The position numbers and the translations under genes are program-made. The notes beneath the pieces were generated by a model. The model did not search any database and was not told the DNA's origin. It was given only the letters and a program-made list of their open reading frames with translations. Positions 22,101 to 29,435 of a DNA stretch of 64,000 bases are shown here, piece after piece. The stretch comes from a virus. The stretch spans positions 15,959 to 79,958 of the IMG/VR virus record IMGVR_UViG_3300025168_000054. One strand, 5' to 3'. Each line of letters starts with the position of its first letter. Position 1 is the stretch's first letter.

Positions 22101-24709
22101 CCATGTCTTTGAGCGATATCGAAATGGCGAAGAGCGTCATTAGCCGCTTCGGTATTTCGGCAGAGTTTGTCACCAACTCACGTCGTCATGGGCAGTATTA
22201 CCTCCCCAAGCAGGCTCGAGACGCGCTGCGAGACCAGATGTCGCAGGCAGCACGGCAGTTTGATTACGGCGAGAAGGGTGGGAAGAGCTCCGTCGCAAGA
22301 GACGCCTTCGGCATCTACAACTCGTTGCTGTACTCAACGATGGTGTTTGGGGCAGTTGTAGTCAAGCCGTTCTACCGGCTGGCGTCGTTGATCGACTTGG
22401 GTCTCGGTGCTCTGGGTATGGGGGGCGCTCGCGCAGCCACAGCTGCGGTCACACGAGCAGGCGTAAGTACCTTGCTGGCGTTTGCTTACGAAGGGTTCCC
22501 GCTACTGTCTGCGGAACGCGCCGCAGAAGCTGTGGGGCTTGCCGGAGACGCCGGCCGCGCGGTTGTTCGACGTGTTCGAGGTGACGTAGATTCCGCGAAA
22601 ACTGTGTTGGATTTCAAGCAGCAGATTCGCGATGTAGCAGCCGAGTCTGGAGACAACCTTGCTCGTATGATTACCGAGACTTCAGCCAGCGCGAAGTACC
22701 GCCCGGAAGTGCGCCCCATCATGGAAGCGCGAGCAGACATGATCTTCGTCATCAATGGTCGTCCTTACCGGGCTTCTGACCTTCGGCGCATCTTCGTTCG
22801 GTCTGGCCTGTACAACAACATGTTCAAGTCCATCAAGGCCACGTACATGGCGGAGGGCGGTTCGCTCACTGAAGTCATGGACCGGGTGAAGCGCAGCGTG
22901 AAGGAGAAGTACGGAGATGACGCGGCTAACGTGAAGATGCTCGACAGCTTCCTCGAAGAAACGACAGACACGAAAAATCCGTTCAACATCATGGGCGGTA
23001 TCCGCGGAGCCGGTGACATGGCTCTTCGTCACGGCCTTGAGTCTGCCGACGCGTGGGCAGACCTTGAGCGCACAGGTCTGGCGGTCACATTCATGGAGTT
23101 GGGCCACTCACCGCAGACGGCGGCCCGTATGGTCGTTGAGGCGGTTTACGACTACCGAGGCTCTATGACCTCGGCTGATCGCAGCATGTTCAACAAGGTG
23201 ACGCGACCGTTCTTTGCTTTCACCAAGAACGCGATTCACCATCTCACAAACATGATGAGCTCTCCTCTCGGGCGGTTTTACGCTCGTTCGATGGCGAAGC
23301 TGCCGTTCCTTTCAGCTGACGCTGCGACTGCGGTGCTGTACGAGTTCCTGGTCGGACCTTACGGAATCAACACCTCCGCGATGAACTCAAGCGAGGTCAA
23401 CGCGTACTACGACATGAGAAACTTCCTCGAGTACGGTCTGGGCGAGCAGGTTGACCGAAATACTCTGCAGCAGTACCGAGAGATTCTGCCGGATGAGGCA
23501 AAGGACATTAGCGACCAAGAGTTGATGGACCACGACTTCGGCGGATGGACCATCCGCAACGGGTACAACGGCTACGACAACGTGCCGGAAGACGCTCGAG
23601 TGTCTGTGCGTGCTTTGATCGCCAGCAGGTCGAAGCTGTACGCAAAGGGCCGGTACCTGTACGTTGCGAAGGTTCTACAGGACGAAGAACTTCGGGAGGA
23701 GTTCGTCAAGCTTGGTGGAGCTATGGCGGTTCAAGATGAGCCCAGCCGTCGCGGGCAAGCTTCCTATATGTACAACCGCTATCCGACGATTCAGGTTCCT
23801 TTTCCGGTGCTGAACGCCAGCGCGCAAGAGGCGATGCGGCTTGGCCTCAGTGATTCCGTTTACTGGATGCTGCCGGATAACTTCGTCCACTCAGGCATCG
23901 CCGAAGCCAGCGCCATGATGGCTACAGCGTTGGTTGTTCTCGATGAATCTTTGAATGCAATCCCAGGGGGAAAGCCATTCTTCCCCGACGTCGCGGCAAC
24001 GCGTGCCCAGCGTGCGGCAGCGCCTTTGATAGACATACGCGGGTACGGCAGTCCGATTGCTGCCGACATCATCAAGGGCGGCGCCGCGTTGTTCGGTAAA
24101 GGCAACTTGTTCGTCGAAGTCGACCCGCTCATCGCACGCGTGCTGCAGGGGTCAATGATTCCTGTCGCTAACGCCGACGACATCGACGAAGATGACCTGG
24201 GTATCTTGCTTCAGCTCGCCCAGTCTGACCCGGAGCTTTACAACCAGGCGATCAAAGTCTTCAGCCAGATGATGGGCGGCAGCGTGGGCCGAGAAATACA
24301 GTTCCCTGCCTTTGCAGACGAAGTTCGAGCTGCGCGCATGATTGTCAAGGACGGTAGGCGAGAAGTCGTGTTTGCCAATCGCGGCGGTGTCTTTGACCGT
24401 GAGTTCCTCGAAAAGGGCGCTAAAGACTCAAGCGAGAAAGCCGTCCGAAAGAAGCCGTTTCTGGTTGGTAAGTCCGCGGTGCTGTTTAAGATCACGCCGC
24501 TGGGTCAGCTCAATCAGGCGCTCTTGCAGTACCGTAAGACTCCTCAGGAAGGTCAGCTCGAAGCACAGAAGGAGCTTCGGTCGGAGATTATCCGCTTCAT
24601 CACAGCCCAGGGCCGACAGGTCGGTATGCGTACTTCCGGGGCTGACGAAGAGCGCGTGACAGAAACAATCGAGCGGGCTGCGAACAAGGTCTTCGAAGAG
24701 TACAAGTGA
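10124..24709 (+). CDS. Giant internal virion / large polyvalent protein (muramidase-like and zincin metallopeptidase-like domains)
   Basis: 4861 aa; AVTKAES...GAFGEFQVTG...LAKEYYG; ADAETGLHEMAH...EELFAEGFEQY; C-terminal VYDY...PFFAF motif. Confidence 0.8.
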   Translation: MSYLTSLEKRASFPLRPAEQKEEVKVDEVAAPAAPAFTSTVPGTGIRPISDLLPSEGKTPEYSFGDVPTPKENPFDIAFGSREKVAALYSEIVDTTARKRYEAGQLAEKYNFDDQEEEGFFVGLAKEAGETLMGREILPREPSDEKVVLKRTDVDSYMVESPVSVSGRPSPVTGLSQLVLGASAIDPESRPARELKKQGRTAKKIPNAEDIRVNVTNERLRAAFISQAKDKESGAQSYSAYVQRIADNLAKEGKDATFRDAQLFIAGNVIARLPKPAGQGDPGIVVAQRDAVNLVSQYTDPSFTRGLAQTLPMAPLRLGVAGSEKLGDRIDPSRVFDPYVEEDTEMKRSDPLGARARGPMTASEAERAQFLEQRMFFPVDFEYDEDKSLKTSTTAAQTMNDLIVDGSLILGGAEGNFDDMYGERSVTEVYSSKVISGESDQNRLIALAAKAGIPVDKTYAVTKAESTGNPASFAFNLHLGQHNPKDPSNPRNRTAEQEQRLRQLMASEGLKVNFESRAAQNYYGKNARRALDLAAAINPVAAVQGGAFGEFQVTGKYGDALGYVKETFPEVETDEQAAGVFLNMFKQSPGVVGDDMFVRWFQRNPDAQKAANDGDISGLAKEYYGSLSDPEEVGISAAEKARREKQVETRDGWVGRATNASEAYLGGMIDSARKATRPEAQSAETSTDDPPTSLSQQGLLENESVFTSEESREDISQVEEALQLRAVEVETGVSTVMTMFGDMAQAPTPGSSAFIAAVAPIKDAKENDAQLYTVVKDNRDAPMGTGYRNVANFLFERKVNTTLGERSLSDLSAEETKRLKAEARQEAFAVVTSAQTENLWRTSFYTSFDYLLGEEADSVFAAMAPRIEVMGRTKDGFVFRQEGDVLAAAAALDAPAVLGQSFNIGVIGNYLFPAIEAAYTEYEQGNRGAASLAFAVTGETVAAVAGSFGAYIPYSNDIGVEFLNEVHRAGVQGVAERQNFVEVGLSSGADVFGFAAESLLETEMGRETLDMLIASGSLPIPYELTSPGRRHLAVVDMARATGTAVGMLGGLVAAVGVPDATDFLLIPKVMKTGRRAYRLIKDIDLSVDGLEALTETKTFSRAVGSRSEMFLHGEARRTTLAQLAATLEQTSAKDLQGASSDEIATLLQLVDDILDTSRKQDATDGVFRNDLTASVKIEVDLEAESALRLRAETQTPAGEAARYALDKDLSKDVHATIVELIKEASASKDPRRVELAEALGERLKASQLREAVSLSPGQTDAFLSAAEEVVGPKKVFGFTERIEILRDALLLIDPASDGMAIRKKVFSRRVTEDRLSRVANTDTADLPGFVDPTLSKGLDRYGPVTEEALKKSLSTVRLADAKKGEILQARTKLQGWHDRFKAAVADNSILDPQVRSVLLDEFKAEKLGDSNYRVFSNSDRSRQSSYYRGVIKGIEGVAGDATNAAFGQNILARGLQGVLAAADSRGAAYKRFAVALVDKRKLEALDSSMDAEKFLAGGETALRMRRFRYALQSATKEGVMQIMLSNPVMSRLIPEGIRAQYAVSASARMAKRQEMLRQGKSPLDLTNLLKREALTKLSQRLAVATTSGDQAMAAKLTADIDEVKSPQFFARVSQWMDDSITEVKTAAAEGREPNLPGIELPVGIDPAIVNRMDMDPKPLSATRKFFRESYSPAFGFGAVEEVPAGPLTAELRTRRARLSTSEKLANEVVLDHMLRYMAGVDRTDTRVIAERKVTDFLEKRLTVRSIGSYDFESRRVELRTQLDDLSEQIAQRRFGQSVNDLEPRARVQVRSDAFNVIIPLMTDWEASLILARSSEELKEILANARLIGPRLPGEEAGDVILSTLFQDPEFMARLRKTGGATRRRRKAKPAAKAAPETAETTEAPALPAASAVDTAAATDRPARRTRRAAVTIDKEAAPTGQVYVAKVDELDEGVPDSVLEAESAFGNSALLWSSLSDRMGGLLEQSEVLRGSPTLGSASSTVVGQRAVGSIGRQVLGVMVEGLQGLKAEDSSDFFVKFAEALKSTSRFDEPIRLAVTNNPEVVVTLAEVFSKQARGNLTQADVTAVENLLRKAGVLSSELSAQDLLKVNGEETKAALAADTVARADEFVPSPAATKATLPEEVARSSALEEAVENIAKATGSDEIRRLLTDLKDSDHGRNIEAVLRAIDMIGPERLKNISLVIEPAEGQSAAKRMFDFTNETIRVYDDALESGEFTPEVLSQLWQSLTRYVPDAEVKALKDEWLKERDAFMRANPDRFGRDMTPIGDFVPDEMTLLSFDQWIANAARNVVLAEINPKITNNPVLQAFVDTVSALVEQFKLRGKKVGAMALEFLNKGSQKYQEMVRDGSVDTAIRRATPEQYFGEQLKWQAFLDNPDARKPSVKAVGEMEAIDELIDGAAETTVKTVETFLAERFGKRAILTEEGFSLLKAEAVKDDVSRVLFSGVAARLQELGVSALDAEGKPLSPFQMTELFKEVRRGLVEEAADAAKQEGGENFKKVQRLGELESELAKLRAAGETETPRVIKLSEDINELDADLRATAESAGESTSPFQRMLETKTQSERKVLAQSILDSVVAVIAKIDESPGPMTLDELLEGVEDQSVINEVRHLLGVAGKRGDLLSQVRDDGRLLLARAPGRVVLPEEDLYVQTLRAEAEGRAYEADELADEVDKILGLRPDIARDEARKLASGYLEELRQAAATARRQRLERGAIDASMLDELLLNEASSLAADAARTGLRADLDVQIDEIVAAVPDAGTVPFNTTRKVSDDFDIVSFESNPGVEQAAFALSNASSLRKSPPKSIKKGANESAEAFAARSKQLMATNRSAAITLVIDMFEGLRPYIALPAEIVVKRNKVDKTIYLKDVLPGQDFSKLRVLDTKAFLKKYTELIEEALKEQGLLEEVKSLSSAMQKSEFDDAVARARKQKSVEAEPVVEPAAVEPAAARTATDDRFVLKAREMFDDGKTPRAAESVREAIEKNAGSGAAKAFGDEYKSLRDAAVQARVRQDAAEATTGAAEPKATPSPTVASPTTTRSLPKAGEKHTPPTPAEARAETAAAPRNERGVSLGNPAPSRDDLPKIETVVKPYREMGKQSPETLAEHASARGIDLADHSTPESLANAVGQADVKSARVAQAVSGDAPPAAAKAAPPEAFAAAADITAAEAKTVNAIDAMVDALAPENADKVAKRVARLQKLIDKSEEIEALSAKQVVDYVFDDLDVGARETLANSGAIDDIVKDLTRIFNQNVADVKRESRRLRRTFESLQKLAKKLEGKDRERALRAAARAERQATSMEEALRELLRSDRLDEFADLLETERAAGKVRRKAEKQAREEAIISFISRGAPPRPPGTPKTPRNRGVDKVPKNVKGMVYFLDDSQAIIYAFKSADAETGLHEMAHVLRRNLRDADLQVSLGWVNSQLEARGMEKVRLAYGVDSRTGNFIGRGDSVHYAEELFAEGFEQYMREGVAPTKMLENVFKIMKELLHNIFVSAKRQPEKIEISPEMYAVFDRVFGAKQTFTMDDMPDAMMFLNVQDDLGRSVVGLGGRLETDLILEDTVTGRFRQLEMSLDDYRRRMGKSGEAGIVGKVASKLPTPKAAVGGLGLGSRTSQYLDPVSSRVLSAEDRMLLNRFRRGEIERSDLPNRLLPEIEKGLRVTGEAAVLVGSLTLKAARLMYGDDASRVIRTYNPAQRVHMKAGAREGEEFSNGASVLINDISRRMGASAERALNDIISYFSGQSAQLLTGSERGKRLNATNVDIFEHVSRMFHDMLWRMDPEARVALIQAAENRLSKPLHATTQDDILPLSGLWNGYVVRNRATPEKSALSFSGEGILLSNDYIDVVKPGLAKGGSIEIDSFLQDTLGDLYVAVTGQPLSKGTKVPPTALDMAALLVLHSGGSMLKASDGSAVHLDQVLKAAGVSRGEALIKGVTAEVNGSTVKVPGLMTTSVAVERRLPVLMSLGHAGFASGMLDDAAKWGFGLTGREYRAFMRYVTGQQGAMSLSDIEMAKSVISRFGISAEFVTNSRRHGQYYLPKQARDALRDQMSQAARQFDYGEKGGKSSVARDAFGIYNSLLYSTMVFGAVVVKPFYRLASLIDLGLGALGMGGARAATAAVTRAGVSTLLAFAYEGFPLLSAERAAEAVGLAGDAGRAVVRRVRGDVDSAKTVLDFKQQIRDVAAESGDNLARMITETSASAKYRPEVRPIMEARADMIFVINGRPYRASDLRRIFVRSGLYNNMFKSIKATYMAEGGSLTEVMDRVKRSVKEKYGDDAANVKMLDSFLEETTDTKNPFNIMGGIRGAGDMALRHGLESADAWADLERTGLAVTFMELGHSPQTAARMVVEAVYDYRGSMTSADRSMFNKVTRPFFAFTKNAIHHLTNMMSSPLGRFYARSMAKLPFLSADAATAVLYEFLVGPYGINTSAMNSSEVNAYYDMRNFLEYGLGEQVDRNTLQQYREILPDEAKDISDQELMDHDFGGWTIRNGYNGYDNVPEDARVSVRALIASRSKLYAKGRYLYVAKVLQDEELREEFVKLGGAMAVQDEPSRRGQASYMYNRYPTIQVPFPVLNASAQEAMRLGLSDSVYWMLPDNFVHSGIAEASAMMATALVVLDESLNAIPGGKPFFPDVAATRAQRAAAPLIDIRGYGSPIAADIIKGGAALFGKGNLFVEVDPLIARVLQGSMIPVANADDIDEDDLGILLQLAQSDPELYNQAIKVFSQMMGGSVGREIQFPAFADEVRAARMIVKDGRREVVFANRGGVFDREFLEKGAKDSSEKAVRKKPFLVGKSAVLFKITPLGQLNQALLQYRKTPQEGQLEAQKELRSEIIRFITAQGRQVGMRTSGADEERVTETIERAANKVFEEYK

Positions 24710-24715
24710 TACACT
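24706..24715 (+). promoter_or_regulatory. Extended -10 promoter-like motif GTGATACACT
   Basis: 18 nt before ATG 24734, ahead of RBS AAGGAG. Confidence 0.45.
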
Positions 24716-24733
24716 CCCGACAAGGAGACTCCT

Positions 24734-25183
24734 ATGTCTGACTACAACTACGGCGGATGGGGCCACTACGGCTTTGCCGCGAACGACAACGGCACGATCA
24801 CTGCCGCATACACCGCGCTGTCGCTCGGACAGGTCGCAGGCATTTCGCGGTCTCAAGGTGTTCCTGACGACGCGCATCTGTACGACATCGTGTTCGAACT
24901 CACCAGCATGGTGACAGGTGCCGGGGCTCCAGGGAACATCTCGTTCTACCTGGCGCGTGACGCCGCAGGGACAAAGCCGCTTACGCCGCTTCTTACCGCA
25001 CCTATCGTCACGGCGCTCGGGGCAAACGTAGCGACTGGCGGCGCTCACGCGAAGATCTCAGTCGACTTCCACAGCACCAGCGGTGTCGGCCCTACGGCCT
25101 ACAACACGCTGCAGCTCATTGTTCGTCACGACGGCTCAGCTGACAACGTCACCGCCGACATCTTCCTCAGCTGGCGCTCCTGA
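24734..25183 (+). CDS. Small beta-sandwich virion-like protein
   Basis: 149 aa, Ala/Gly/Thr-rich, strong RBS, last gene of the structural block. Confidence 0.55.
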   Translation: MSDYNYGGWGHYGFAANDNGTITAAYTALSLGQVAGISRSQGVPDDAHLYDIVFELTSMVTGAGAPGNISFYLARDAAGTKPLTPLLTAPIVTALGANVATGGAHAKISVDFHSTSGVGPTAYNTLQLIVRHDGSADNVTADIFLSWRS

Positions 25184-25184
25184 G

Positions 25185-27338
25185 TCAGTCCTCGCCCTGG
25201 GCGAGAGCTGACCAGGAAGAGTCGCTGTAGGTGACCTGTTCGTCAATGAGATCCAGCTGGGCATCCGCGACGTCCGCTGTCTCGATGTCCGGGCGTTCAG
25301 CCGTCATGAGCTCCTCGTAAACATCGCGACGAAGGCAGACGCATGGAGACGGAATGCCGTCGATGCGTTTGCTTCGCGTGACCCCTCGGGTCGTGACGTT
25401 CAGCCAGTCGCGCGCGCCCCAGCGAGGAACAACCTCGTCGAACGTATAGCCGTATCTGTCCAGAATCCCTTGAAGAGCGTGCGGTTCGATGCAGATTTCG
25501 TCCCACTCGGGCTTGCCGTCGTCCCACCGCCCAGCCCAACCGTTGCCAGGAGTACCATTCTCCAGAGCAGCGCGACTTCCCCAGAAGCGGTGACGGTTCA
25601 TCGTCGCCCACGAAGCGGCAGCCACGAAGGCGTCGCGAGCACGGTCGGCGTCGTTGGCTCCGTCACGGACAGCCTGAATGAGGAACTCGATGGGGTCACG
25701 CGTCGGGGTCGGAACCCCCAGTGTTTCGCAGACTGCTTGCGCCAGGTCGAGACTGGCGACGTAGGCTGCGAGACGACCACCGACCGCGGTGTTGGTGATG
25801 CCGGCGTAACTGTCCCGCCGGGCCTCAAAGGCGGCACGAAAGTCTGGCCACGAGTCCTTGTGGTAGACGAGGTACTTGACCACGCGGCGGCCCAGGTGAC
25901 CATAGTGGACGTACAGTCGCCCTCTGACCGTGTCTGCCACCACTCGGGCAGTCTGGGCAGGGCCAGAGATTGGCGCTCCTTGCAGGGCCAGTACGCGGGC
26001 ACGGATGCCGCCGTCCTGGGTGAACGAGGTCAAACGCTGCTCTCCGGTCGAGAGCAGCACGGTATTCCACGAGTTGACCTTGTCGATTCCCTGCAGCGTG
26101 CCTCTTCCTCGGCCCTTGCCTGAGCAGAAGTCGTAGAGAACGTCAGCCACATGCTGCTTGTTTTTGACTCGCTTGGTCTCGTCGAGGATGAGCGGGATGC
26201 TGTGGAGGAAGCCTGCCGCACGTTCGACCCACACCTTTGTGCTGTCCCACGAGTAGATGTAGCCTTCGTCGTCATCGTCAGCCGGGTAGCCCCACACTGA
26301 CGCTGCGACGCGCAAGCTCGTGGTCTTTCCGCTGGAGGTCTCGTTTGACCAGTCAACAGCGTAGTTCTGGCAGCGCACGATGCGCTGCAGTACCGACGCG
26401 ACTGACGCGTAGATGGAGAGCATCGCCAGTGGGTGGTCGCGGAGGAGCTCGACCACTTCGAGCCACCCTTCCCACGAGCCGCCGGTTCTAAGCGACTTCA
26501 TGATGGGCTCCATCCCTTCCTTAGGGAACAGCTTGAGTTCCATGTGCTTGTCGAGCTTGATGTGACCGTCGGGCAGAAGAAAGGACCCATCGCGCTGCCA
26601 GCCCAACCGGCTTGCGCCGTTGGTCAGGGGCACCTTGTGCTGGTTGATGTCTTCGTACGCGGTCAACCACCGCACGGTATCGGCTGCGGTGATGGACGTG
26701 ACCGGGGCTCCGTAGTCGATGAGCGACACGATCTTCCGAGTATCGAACAAGACGGACCGTTCGACGGTGTGAGTCCGCCACTTCGGCCGACCCTTCCCTG
26801 GTCCAGGGGGCTCGACCCACGCCACCTCGATCTGCATGTGACCCGTCTCGGCGTCACGCCCACGCTGGGTGATGATGATGGGGGCGGTAGCAATCTTCTC
26901 GCGGGTCACCGTTCCTTCGTCGAAGTTCGCCTGCAAGGTGTAGACGCCGCCCAGGTCGACGTCGAAACCTGTGGGGATGAGAAGGGAGGGGAACCCTTCG
27001 ACCAAGTAGTCGGGCAGATTCTCGTTCAAGGTGTTCGTCACGCCCAGCTGCTGCAGTACGTTCTGCTGCTGCTGCTGCCGGGCTCGACGCTGCGCACGCT
27101 TGATCGTCTGGGTCAGTTCACGCGTTCTCGCTCCCATCCCTCGGACTGAGCCAAGGTGTGTGAGCAGCGTTTCAAACTGAAACTCGTGCTCGCCCCAAGC
27201 GTTGGCGAACTGCTCGACGCGAGCCAGCGAGAAGAAGGCTGTAAAGGCGGGCGCGCGGTCAGCAGACTCCATCGCCTGTACGGACTCGACAAACTCATTC
27301 AGCTCAGCAACAAGATCAACACTTTCACTGTCGGACAT
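25185..27338 (-). CDS. DUF927-family replicative helicase
   Basis: RLGW motif, GGSWEGW, Walker A ETSSGKTT, Walker B LILDE, GKGRGR, LLSTGE. Confidence 0.85.
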   Translation of the reverse strand: MSDSESVDLVAELNEFVESVQAMESADRAPAFTAFFSLARVEQFANAWGEHEFQFETLLTHLGSVRGMGARTRELTQTIKRAQRRARQQQQQNVLQQLGVTNTLNENLPDYLVEGFPSLLIPTGFDVDLGGVYTLQANFDEGTVTREKIATAPIIITQRGRDAETGHMQIEVAWVEPPGPGKGRPKWRTHTVERSVLFDTRKIVSLIDYGAPVTSITAADTVRWLTAYEDINQHKVPLTNGASRLGWQRDGSFLLPDGHIKLDKHMELKLFPKEGMEPIMKSLRTGGSWEGWLEVVELLRDHPLAMLSIYASVASVLQRIVRCQNYAVDWSNETSSGKTTSLRVAASVWGYPADDDDEGYIYSWDSTKVWVERAAGFLHSIPLILDETKRVKNKQHVADVLYDFCSGKGRGRGTLQGIDKVNSWNTVLLSTGEQRLTSFTQDGGIRARVLALQGAPISGPAQTARVVADTVRGRLYVHYGHLGRRVVKYLVYHKDSWPDFRAAFEARRDSYAGITNTAVGGRLAAYVASLDLAQAVCETLGVPTPTRDPIEFLIQAVRDGANDADRARDAFVAAASWATMNRHRFWGSRAALENGTPGNGWAGRWDDGKPEWDEICIEPHALQGILDRYGYTFDEVVPRWGARDWLNVTTRGVTRSKRIDGIPSPCVCLRRDVYEELMTAERPDIETADVADAQLDLIDEQVTYSDSSWSALAQGED

Positions 27339-27365
27339 CCGTGCTCCTTATTGGTTGACCGTTGA

Positions 27366-29435
27366 CTACTGAGGTCCCAGAGGAACCAGGTAGTTTGCGA
27401 CGGTGGTGGCAAGGTCATCCGGCGACGTGCCATCCTCGACTACGAGGACAGGATGCGCAAGACGAAGTACCTGGAGAGTCATCTCAATCCCGTTCTCGGT
27501 GATGAACAACGCCACGTGACGCTTGAGAGAGCGGAACTTTCCGCCGCGAGCACGACCACTGGAAGCGTCGTAGCGCTCGCGCAGAGCTTCCGGCAACTCG
27601 GGCAGCGACGGCGTCACCTGAACGGCTTCCGGTGCCGCCTGTGGGGGGAGTGACGGCGCGACCATACGGGCCTTCGCGGGAGGCGGGGCGCCGCCCAGGT
27701 TGATAACCGTCCAGCCCGCGTGGTCTTCCTTGGCAGGCATGACCGTCGAAGTCAGCATCACCATCTGCGGGACCTCACGAAGAGCTTGCATCATGCTGCC
27801 CAGCGTGGATGGATCCCATCCCCGGTCTTCCGGGGCAAGCACCGACAACGGGGTCGGCAGCATCTCATCCAACACGGCACACATGGCGACGAGCACAGAC
27901 ACGCGCTGCGCTTCCGACAGACCCACCTTCAGGTAGCGGGCATCTTCGTCACCATCGAACAAGCCGTAGTAGAAAACGTCACGTCCGCTGTCCGTCACCA
28001 TGACGCCGAACTCCCACCCATCGGGCAGGTAGCCGCTGACACGCTGACAGAATCCGTCGACCCGGTCTTCAAGCAGCTTCGCGACAGCCTTCTGAGACAA
28101 CCTCTTGAAGTTAGAGAACTTTTCCGCCAAGGCGTAGTTGGTATCGACCAAGTTCTTGGCTGCGGTCAACTGATGCCACTTGGTTGCGGATTCGTTGAGA
28201 GCTTCGAGCTTGGCCTGCGCCTGGGCGAGCGCTGTACGAGTGTCATCGACAGACACCGCACTGCGGCTGTCCATTGTTGCGGGTAGTCCTTCGAGGTCAG
28301 ACTCATGCCGCAGAATCTGGGCGCGAGCACCTGACAGAGCTTCCTTGTCCCGCTGGCGAGACGCCCGGAGCTCTTGCAGCTTCTTGGTCTGAGCGCCCAG
28401 GTCCTTGACCTTGTCGGCGTAGAAGTCGTGGCACGCTCGGAGATGAGCGTTGCCGACCGGCGAGGAGCAGATGGGACAGCCGTCAGCATCCTCATCCAGA
28501 GCCCACGCCAGAGCATGTACAGCCCCTACGCTGCCCTTGTACTCAAGGGTCTCACTCTGTTCAAGGTTGCGGATGTTGGCGTCGGCGACGACAACTTCCG
28601 CCAAGAGACGCTGTTCTTCTGCGCGCAGTTTGCCAAGCAGATCATGCAGCAGCTTCCGCTTGTCAGCCACGCCCGAAGCACCCGCTTCACGAAGGTTCTC
28701 TTCATGCAGTGCTTGGGCCTCTTTCACTGCGTCACGAGCAGCGAGCACGGCCTCGCTTCGAGGCTTCGCGCCTACCTCCGACAAGAGCTTGTCGCGCAGC
28801 GAGGTCTGAGCCTTGGCGTCCGACCGCAGCTTGCGCGCCTGCTTGTCGGCAGCGCTGACTGCTTGCATGAGCTTGTCGACGGGAGCCATGTCATCGCAAC
28901 CGACTGTGAGCTCAGAGAACATGTCGACGTCGGCGCCGAGAGCCGTCAAGACGACACCGTCATCGAGGTCAGAACAGACCCACGTAAGGAATCGTTCCCG
29001 CGCTTTCTTCGCAGACCCGGTCAGGACCTCGCGGACTTCGCGGAGGGGGAAGTGCGGGCTGTGTTCTTTGCTCGTGTGGGGAATGATCCAACGAGGGCGA
29101 ATGTGGATCGGCGTCTTGATCCTTCCTTCGTCCCGCTTAGTCTCCCACTGGCAGTGCTCTCCGTTGCTCAGATTGACCCGAGCGAAGACGACGCTGCCAT
29201 CGTGACCATGTTGGTGTGCCAAGCTCATCAGCAACGCGGGGTCGCTGGTGATCGCACGGCCTGCGACTTCTTCGGCCGCTCCGCTGACAGCGAGGGCGAC
29301 CGCCTGCACGACCGCACTCTTGCCGATACCGTTGGGTCCGACCACGAGGGTCTTCTTGGATAGGTCGTAGCTTCGAGGGTTGCCGTCAGGCGACTTGATA
29401 TTGAACGAAACGCTTGTGATCTCAGGCGTACTCAT
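27366..29435 (-). CDS. Rad50/SbcC-like SMC-family ATPase
   Basis: Walker A GPNGIGKS, long coiled coil with CPIC zinc hook, signature LSEAQR; start at 29435 inferred from ATGA overlap. Confidence 0.75.
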   Translation of the reverse strand: MSTPEITSVSFNIKSPDGNPRSYDLSKKTLVVGPNGIGKSAVVQAVALAVSGAAEEVAGRAITSDPALLMSLAHQHGHDGSVVFARVNLSNGEHCQWETKRDEGRIKTPIHIRPRWIIPHTSKEHSPHFPLREVREVLTGSAKKARERFLTWVCSDLDDGVVLTALGADVDMFSELTVGCDDMAPVDKLMQAVSAADKQARKLRSDAKAQTSLRDKLLSEVGAKPRSEAVLAARDAVKEAQALHEENLREAGASGVADKRKLLHDLLGKLRAEEQRLLAEVVVADANIRNLEQSETLEYKGSVGAVHALAWALDEDADGCPICSSPVGNAHLRACHDFYADKVKDLGAQTKKLQELRASRQRDKEALSGARAQILRHESDLEGLPATMDSRSAVSVDDTRTALAQAQAKLEALNESATKWHQLTAAKNLVDTNYALAEKFSNFKRLSQKAVAKLLEDRVDGFCQRVSGYLPDGWEFGVMVTDSGRDVFYYGLFDGDEDARYLKVGLSEAQRVSVLVAMCAVLDEMLPTPLSVLAPEDRGWDPSTLGSMMQALREVPQMVMLTSTVMPAKEDHAGWTVINLGGAPPPAKARMVAPSLPPQAAPEAVQVTPSLPELPEALRERYDASSGRARGGKFRSLKRHVALFITENGIEMTLQVLRLAHPVLVVEDGTSPDDLATTVANYLVPLGPQ

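Noticed and set aside
10124-24709. Giant ORF as a virion RNA polymerase (N4- or crAss-like)
   Set aside because: I found no DxDGD motif and no convincing T7/N4-type polymerase motifs by eye; a structure search would be needed to exclude it fully
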